This document shows positions 58,452 to 64,000 of a stretch of 64,000 nt of DNA, in pieces. Source of the stretch: Dehalococcoidia bacterium. Its GTDB lineage: Bacteria > Chloroflexota > Dehalococcoidia > UBA6926. The position numbers and the translations under genes were made by a program. The DNA is taken from positions 1,035,771-1,099,770 of the forward strand of contig CBDCYO010000005.1 of assembly GCA_965224255.1 (NCBI GenBank), written 5' to 3'. The first letter of the stretch is position 1; each line of letters starts with the position of its first letter. Under the pieces are notes generated by a model. It saw nothing but the letters and a program-made list of their open reading frames with translations. It was not told the origin of the DNA and did not search any database.

Positions 58452-60167
58452 ATGGTCGACGTGTTGCGCTTGGAAACCGGCGAAGACGACGCTCGCGGGT
58501 CTGGGACGCCCTTTGAATCATTGAGCGAAGAATATCAGGCCACCGTTGTCGAGTGGTCGCTTTCCAACAGGCCCAGGGTCTCCCATGCGGCCAGAAACGC
58601 CCTCGACAACACCATCACCGGACGCGTGTCCATGGATGGGTTCCGTGAAGCCAGCGCGGCACGCGCTCCTGTCCGCCTGCTTATTCAGCCCGTCCGTCGT
58701 GCCGCGCTGGCCTACGAACCACTCGCCGAGGCCGTCCTGGCCGTGTGGAAGGAGTCGCGGCCCGATCTGCGAGCCGTTGTTGAGGCGGCGTTGCGGCAGC
58801 AAGGATTGGAGGTGGATGCCAACGCGAAGGAGAAGACGGCGGACGACGATGGTCTGCCTCTCGAGGATATCTGCGCGCCAATTGTTGCGGCGAATCCGCA
58901 GTACTCTTCAGACGATGTGGTTCTCATGTTCATGTTGACTCGCCTGGAAGACTCGCAAGCCGTAGGGGACGCGCAAACAGAGGAAGTGGCGCACTCGCCG
59001 CAGTTCCAGCGCCAGTTCGACGCCTTTCTTGCGAGCCTTCGGGCCCTGCCGGCAGGCTACCCGGAGTGGCGCGAGCCGCTGACGCAATTCATCCACGACG
59101 TCGTAGAACTCCGGGCAAGCAAGGAGAGAGAGCATGAACAGGCCAGTGGCGTTAGTGGCCGCATCAATGAAGTCCTGAACGCACACGGCGACCTCCTTGC
59201 ATTCTTCGAATGGGACGCGGACGAAAGGCTGCCGGATAGGGCCGGGCCTTGGGCGGACGCTGAGTTGGCGCTGAAGGCCGTCGACAATCTCGCCGAACTT
59301 CTCAAGCGCTACGAGGCGCTGCGTGCAACAGGGGGCACATATCGTGAGGAGGCCGCGCGGGCAGCGGATCGAGGCGTCCTCCAGGAGCAGATCATCGCAG
59401 CCTTGACGGCACTGGAAGAGGCGCTGGCACAGGTTCACGTGGAACCCGCCATCGAGGAGATCATCTCGCAGGATTCGGACACCCCGGAGGAGGGGTCGTC
59501 TGGCACCCATGTGAAGGAGGCCGATGACGCCGAGCGGGACACCCTCCAGGAAATGGTGGCGGACTTACAACAGGAAAACGCGAATCTGAAGGCGACTGCG
59601 GAGACCGTGCAGAGCGAGTACAACGAGCTCAAGCAACAACACAGGGAGCTACGCTACGAGATGGAGGCGACGCGTCTCAGCTACGCTGACGCTCACAAGG
59701 TGGAGGAGGAAACTCCCGCCCCACCACCAGATTTTGATACCGTGGCCGCCGTTCTCCGTTTCGTCGAGAACAGGTGGCCTGACAGACTGCTCATCGCCCT
59801 CAACAATAGCTCAGACCGCAAGATCTACTTCGATCAGCGTAGCCAGGTGTACAGTGCGCTTGAGTGGCTCGCGACCACCTACCGCGATTCCAAGATGGGT
59901 GACACCCCCGTGGGGAACCTGGACGGTTCCCTGTTCGAGACATGTGGATGGCACTATCGGCCGTTCCAATCTGAGGTTACGGTCGGCAAATACCGTTCTG
60001 ATTACGAGGTGATCCATGACGGCAAGAAGTATCCGCTTACGGAGCACATCGGGCGGGGCGCCGGGAACTCAGCGGGGCAGATTCGCATCGCCTTTGCCTG
60101 GGACGAGACGCGCAAGGCCGTTGTGGTCGGCTATATCGGGCGGCATCAGCGTACGGATTTCAGCTAA
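58452..60167 (+). CDS. hypothetical coiled-coil protein with C-terminal RelE-like (inferred) domain
   Basis: ATG 58452 follows AGGAGG; long helical/coiled-coil body; C-terminal LTEHIGRG...IRIAFAWD...VVVGYIGRH. Confidence 0.7.
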   Translation: MVDVLRLETGEDDARGSGTPFESLSEEYQATVVEWSLSNRPRVSHAARNALDNTITGRVSMDGFREASAARAPVRLLIQPVRRAALAYEPLAEAVLAVWKESRPDLRAVVEAALRQQGLEVDANAKEKTADDDGLPLEDICAPIVAANPQYSSDDVVLMFMLTRLEDSQAVGDAQTEEVAHSPQFQRQFDAFLASLRALPAGYPEWREPLTQFIHDVVELRASKEREHEQASGVSGRINEVLNAHGDLLAFFEWDADERLPDRAGPWADAELALKAVDNLAELLKRYEALRATGGTYREEAARAADRGVLQEQIIAALTALEEALAQVHVEPAIEEIISQDSDTPEEGSSGTHVKEADDAERDTLQEMVADLQQENANLKATAETVQSEYNELKQQHRELRYEMEATRLSYADAHKVEEETPAPPPDFDTVAAVLRFVENRWPDRLLIALNNSSDRKIYFDQRSQVYSALEWLATTYRDSKMGDTPVGNLDGSLFETCGWHYRPFQSEVTVGKYRSDYEVIHDGKKYPLTEHIGRGAGNSAGQIRIAFAWDETRKAVVVGYIGRHQRTDFS

Positions 60168-60310
60168 TCGCGACAACGGTCGGAATCGCATGAGACGGTT
60201 GCGATAGGGGCAGTGCGGGTTTACCATAAGCCGTCACGACCTGTGGGGGTGATGCGTTGGGCGTGTAAAGATACGCCCAACGCTGGGTGGTGATCTGGGG
60301 AAGGGGTAGG

Positions 60311-61444
60311 ATGATGGATCGACTGAAGACGCCGCTAACGGATTTGCTCGGCATTAAATATCCCATCCTTCTGGCGGGCATGTCATTGGGTATGGACGAT
60401 CGCATGCCGAGCCCACCACGGCTTGCCGCAGCCGTCACGGATGCCGGCGGCCTTGGCGTGATGGGGTGCGGCAGCCGCAAGCCGGACACGATCGATAGGT
60501 GCATCACGGAGTTCAAGCAGCTTACGAGTGGGCCATTGGGTATCGACCTCCTGTTGCCGGCGACGATGGCCGAGATGGGCGCACGGGATACGAAGGCGGC
60601 AGTGCGAGAGCGGCTTGAGAAGGACTACCCGCGGCACAGCGGTTTCGTCAAGGACCTCATGCAGGAGCACAACCTTCCCGATGTTGCCCTCGCCGACGAT
60701 GCCTCAGAGGCAATGTCGCCCGATCTTCTGCGGAGGCAATTTGAGGTTGTGGCGGATCACAATGTGCCCGTGTTTGTCGCCGGACTGGGCGACCCTGCCA
60801 TGGTCATGGACGTTGCGAGAGAGCACGGGATGAAGGTGGGCGGCGTCGTTGGCGCAGTCCGCCATGCGCAGAGGCAGAAGGCCGCAGGCGTCGACTTTAT
60901 GATCGCTCAGGGTACAGAGGCGGGCGGCCATACGGGCAACATTGCAACGTTCCCATTGGTGCCACAAGTTGTGGACACCGTCGCGCCCACGCCCGTTCTC
61001 GCAGCGGGCGGTGTCGGCTCTGGGAGACAGATCGCCGCCGCGCTGGCGCTCGGTGCTCAGGGAGTCTGGGTCGGTTCGGCATTCCTCGTCGCGGAGGAAA
61101 ACGCGATTCCGACCGAGCATCAGGAGCAAATCGTCGGAGCGCGATCTGAAGATTTCACGCTGACCAAGTACAACACGGGCAAGCAGTCCCGCAGCTACAA
61201 GACGCCCGTGAAGGAGGCGTGGTCCCAATCCGGGCTGGAAGCGCTGCCAATGCCACTACAGGGCATCCTGATGGAACCGCTGTATGCAGGGGCGCGACAT
61301 GCCGGCCGGTTGGACATCGACGCTGCAAGCGCCGGACAGGTGAGCGGCATGCTCAAGTCCCGCCGACCGGCCCGCGATATCCTTCTTGATATGGTCAATG
61401 AGGCGGAGGAGACGATCGAACGCATGCGGGGCAACCTGCGCTAG
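60311..61444 (+). CDS. nitronate monooxygenase/FabK-like flavin oxidoreductase, copy 1
   Basis: YPILLAGM, AGGLG, QGTEAGGHTG, AAGGVG, GAQGVWVGSAF. Confidence 0.92.
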   Translation: MMDRLKTPLTDLLGIKYPILLAGMSLGMDDRMPSPPRLAAAVTDAGGLGVMGCGSRKPDTIDRCITEFKQLTSGPLGIDLLLPATMAEMGARDTKAAVRERLEKDYPRHSGFVKDLMQEHNLPDVALADDASEAMSPDLLRRQFEVVADHNVPVFVAGLGDPAMVMDVAREHGMKVGGVVGAVRHAQRQKAAGVDFMIAQGTEAGGHTGNIATFPLVPQVVDTVAPTPVLAAGGVGSGRQIAAALALGAQGVWVGSAFLVAEENAIPTEHQEQIVGARSEDFTLTKYNTGKQSRSYKTPVKEAWSQSGLEALPMPLQGILMEPLYAGARHAGRLDIDAASAGQVSGMLKSRRPARDILLDMVNEAEETIERMRGNLR

Positions 61445-61521
61445 CGTCGGGAACGCCGTCACGCGCACGCGTCACGCAGTCAGATGGCACGCACCCATAA
61501 AAAGGGATAGGGGAGGAAACG

Positions 61522-62655
61522 ATGGCAAACAGACTTCGCACACCGCTCTGCGACATGTTGGGCATGGAGTACCCGATACTTCTCGCCGGTATGGCCGTTG
61601 GAGGCAGCCAGGATCTTGCGCCAACACCCATCGCGATGGTCGCCGCGATCAGCAATGCAGGCGGCCTTGGCGTTCTTGGCGACAATTTCCGCAATCTCGA
61701 TGAGATGGATGCCGGCATTCGTGAACTCAAATCACTTGTCGGTGACAAGCCCTATGGCATGGACTTCCTGATGCCGGCGACGCGCGCCGAGGTGACCGCG
61801 GCCAGCAACAAAGAACTCTATGCGCAGGTAGCGCCGCAATATCCACAGCACGTCGCACTGGTACAGGAACTGCTGGACGAATACGGCTTCGAACCTGAAG
61901 AGCCCTCCGAAGGTGAGCCGATGTCCACGGAGTTGCTGCGTAAGAAGATCGAGATCGTCATGGACAACAAAGTGCCTCTCTTCGCCGCCGCGACTGGTGA
62001 GCCACCGGAGTGGTTTACGGAACAGGGTCACGCGCAGGGCATGAAGTTCATTGGCATGACCGGTGCTGTGCGCCACGCGCAGCGGCAGGTTGCGGCTGAC
62101 GTTGACATCATCACCGCGCAGGGCACGGAGGCGGGAGGCCACACGGGCAACATCTCCACCTTCGTGTTGGTGCCGCAGGTTGTTGATGAAGTCTCCCCAC
62201 GGCCGGTTTTGGCTGCGGGCGGAATCGGAACCGGCCGTCACGTGGCGGCGGCGCTCGCGCTTGGCGCGCAGGGGGTCTGGGTCGGCACCGCCTTCCTCGT
62301 CGCGGAGGAGAACCACATTCCGTCTGCGCACCAGGATCAAATCCTTGGCGCACGCTCTGATGAGTTCACGACGAGCAAGTTCTCATCCGGCAAGCAGCAG
62401 CGGTCGTACCAGAACGCCGTGAAGCTGAAGTGGGCGTCTTCGGGTCTCGACGCGCTTCCGATGCCGTTGCAAGGTCTACTCCAAGAGCCGTTCACTCGAG
62501 CCGCGCGCAAGGCGGGGCGCTGGGACCTGATCGGCAACCCGGCTGGGCAAATCGGCGGCATGTTGACGGAGCGGAAGCCCGTTCGTCAGATCCTCATGGA
62601 CATGGTCAACGAGGCCGAAGAGACCATCGAGCAGATGCAAGGCAACCTGCGGTAG
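61522..62655 (+). CDS. nitronate monooxygenase/FabK-like flavin oxidoreductase, copy 2
   Basis: Same motifs; C-terminus near-identical to copy 1 (DMVNEAEETIE.M.GNLR). Confidence 0.92.
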   Translation: MANRLRTPLCDMLGMEYPILLAGMAVGGSQDLAPTPIAMVAAISNAGGLGVLGDNFRNLDEMDAGIRELKSLVGDKPYGMDFLMPATRAEVTAASNKELYAQVAPQYPQHVALVQELLDEYGFEPEEPSEGEPMSTELLRKKIEIVMDNKVPLFAAATGEPPEWFTEQGHAQGMKFIGMTGAVRHAQRQVAADVDIITAQGTEAGGHTGNISTFVLVPQVVDEVSPRPVLAAGGIGTGRHVAAALALGAQGVWVGTAFLVAEENHIPSAHQDQILGARSDEFTTSKFSSGKQQRSYQNAVKLKWASSGLDALPMPLQGLLQEPFTRAARKAGRWDLIGNPAGQIGGMLTERKPVRQILMDMVNEAEETIEQMQGNLR

Positions 62656-62708
62656 GGATTCCGGGACGGTTCTCGCTCTCACCACACAGCGAGGCTAGCA
62701 CAGCACGT

Positions 62709-62744
62709 GAGCGGGGCGGCCCATCGGGCCGCCCCGCTCTTTTT
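62709..62744 (+). terminator. intrinsic terminator
   Basis: GAGCGGGGCGGCCC-ATC-GGGCCGCCCCGCTC-TTTTT. Confidence 0.9.
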
Positions 62745-62778
62745 GCCTCAGCCCGGACGTAACCCCACCTGCCCATCT

Positions 62779-62806
62779 ATCATTCCCGGCTTGATCGGGA
62801 ATCCAC
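62779..62806. repeat. single REP-like element
   Basis: atcattcccggcttgatcgggaatccac hairpin of the GTCATTCCCG...CGGGAATCCA type. Confidence 0.55.
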
Positions 62807-62962
62807 GTGCGGCCCTGGCACAGGGCCGCACCCTCCCCCCAGCGTGATCGTGTCACTGGGTGGACGGTCGGCTACCCAATCTCCGGAACTAGACTTAACG
62901 AACAGACCCCATGTTTTACACTGAGCGTGACAATGTAACAAACGATTGCAGGAGGGTGAGAC

Positions 62963-63625
62963 ATGCCACCGGTCTTGAGGATCAGTGACGAATCGTACGG
63001 CCGCCTAAAGAAGTGGGCGGAACCTCTTAAGAACAACGCGGATGCCGCGTTCCGGAAGGTTCTGGATGCTGCGGAGGCGCTGCGTGAGTCACGGGAATCC
63101 GGCATCGAGCATGTTGAAAATGCTCCGAGCGGGACGTCTACTGAACAGAGCGTCGAGGCGCAGTACATCCCGAATAGCACCCTACTGAAGGGTCGTGAAC
63201 CGGCCGAATTTCAGTATGCGGCGCTTCCGGAGGAGTTTGGGAGTCTGGGCAAGAGGCGGAAGGCCATGCTCGCACGGGGCGCCTATCTTGAAAGAATCGA
63301 GGCTCGAGTCGAGAGACCAAGGCCATAGGTCGAGACCGCCGACGGGAAGTGGCACTATCTGGCCTTTTCATCACAGACCTCCCCAGACCACTGGTGGTTT
63401 GGAGTGAAAGAAGATGAGGTCCACAGACATTTAGCCGACTCCACTTTAGGCTCGTTCGTGTTCCTGTGCGCTCAGCCCGCCGAAATGCTCGTCGCCGTTC
63501 CACTGGGTATTGCGCAGTTGGAGTACATGGTTGAGCGGGGACTTTTTTCGAAGAGTGGTACTGATCTGACGTTCAACGTCGTACGTGAGGCGGGCACATT
63601 CCTTGTGGAGGGCCTCCACATATAA
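62963..63625 (+). pseudogene. hypothetical gene with N-terminal RHH-like segment, interrupted by in-frame TAG (63326-63328)
   Basis: 62963..63328 and 63404..63625 share a frame; bridge reads RP*VETADGKWHYLAFSSQTSPDHWWFG with no other stop. Confidence 0.65.
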
Positions 63626-63877
63626 CAGTGATGGCCGCGAACCCTGTCGGCTCACCACCGAACTTGTGAGGGGGAAGGTCGGGGGCAGGATGCGGGGCGT
63701 ATCGAAGGCGGTGGACTGCGGGACCATCCCAAGCGGGATCGAACCTCTATGGCGGAAGTCTGCTGCCTGGGAGCGCAGACAGATGGTAATGGACAGCTTG
63801 TGACTGAACGGCTCCAAGCGAGGTTGGCAGAGGCGTGTACGTTTAAGAACGGGACGCAGGGGGAGGAGGGACGCATC

Positions 63878-64000
63878 ATGACAGGACAATCAATGGGGCA
63901 AAACGATAAGCCGACGCTTGTCATCACAGACCACGCCCTGAGGCGTTGCCAGCAGAGGGGTATATTGCCGCGGACAATCGATTTGCTTTACAGGTTTGGC
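63878..64000 (+). CDS. DUF4258-like protein, 3'-truncated
   Basis: GGAGG RBS; ITDHALRRCQQRGI..TIDLLYRFG. Confidence 0.65.
   Translation, partial: MTGQSMGQNDKPTLVITDHALRRCQQRGILPRTIDLLYRFG

Noticed and set aside
26960-63328. Amber recoding (pyrrolysine or alternative code) to explain two in-frame TAGs
   Set aside because: TAG ends many core genes here at their normal C-termini (gyrB, dnaJ, rpmH, coaE); no pyl genes seen.

Overview
GC-rich bacterial chromosome segment around the replication origin, most consistent with Chloroflexota/Dehalococcoidia. That lineage call is an inference from dnaA-obgE-nadD synteny, dispersed dnaN/gyrB, type-2 IleRS and many orphan catabolic genes. Housekeeping genes: gyrB, dnaJ, dnaN, tRNA-Pro(CGG), cinA, pfkA, rsmG, rpmH-rnpA-yidD-(beta-propeller)-yidC-jag, ileS, fmt, dnaA, obgE, nadD, era, selA, coaE. 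Main observations: (1) a Type IIG-like restriction-modification gene whose only in-frame stop lies in the 4-nt loop of a perfect 19-bp inverted repeat, and flipping the loop restores a 921-aa ORF; (2) a three-gene cassette next to tRNA-Pro (coiled-coil/HARE-type wHTH, MORC-like GHKL ATPase, unknown protein) that looks like an undescribed defence system; (3) a candidate ~70-aa selenoprotein with an in-frame UGA and SECIS-like hairpin; (4) a DnaA with altered DNA-recognition helix and sensor-2, next to non-canonical repeats; (5) a structured RNA leader before gyrB, a K+ channel with a non-GYG filter, a DinB-PRTase-EgtD operon and several REP-like clusters. All calls are by eye from sequence and motifs; no searches were run.
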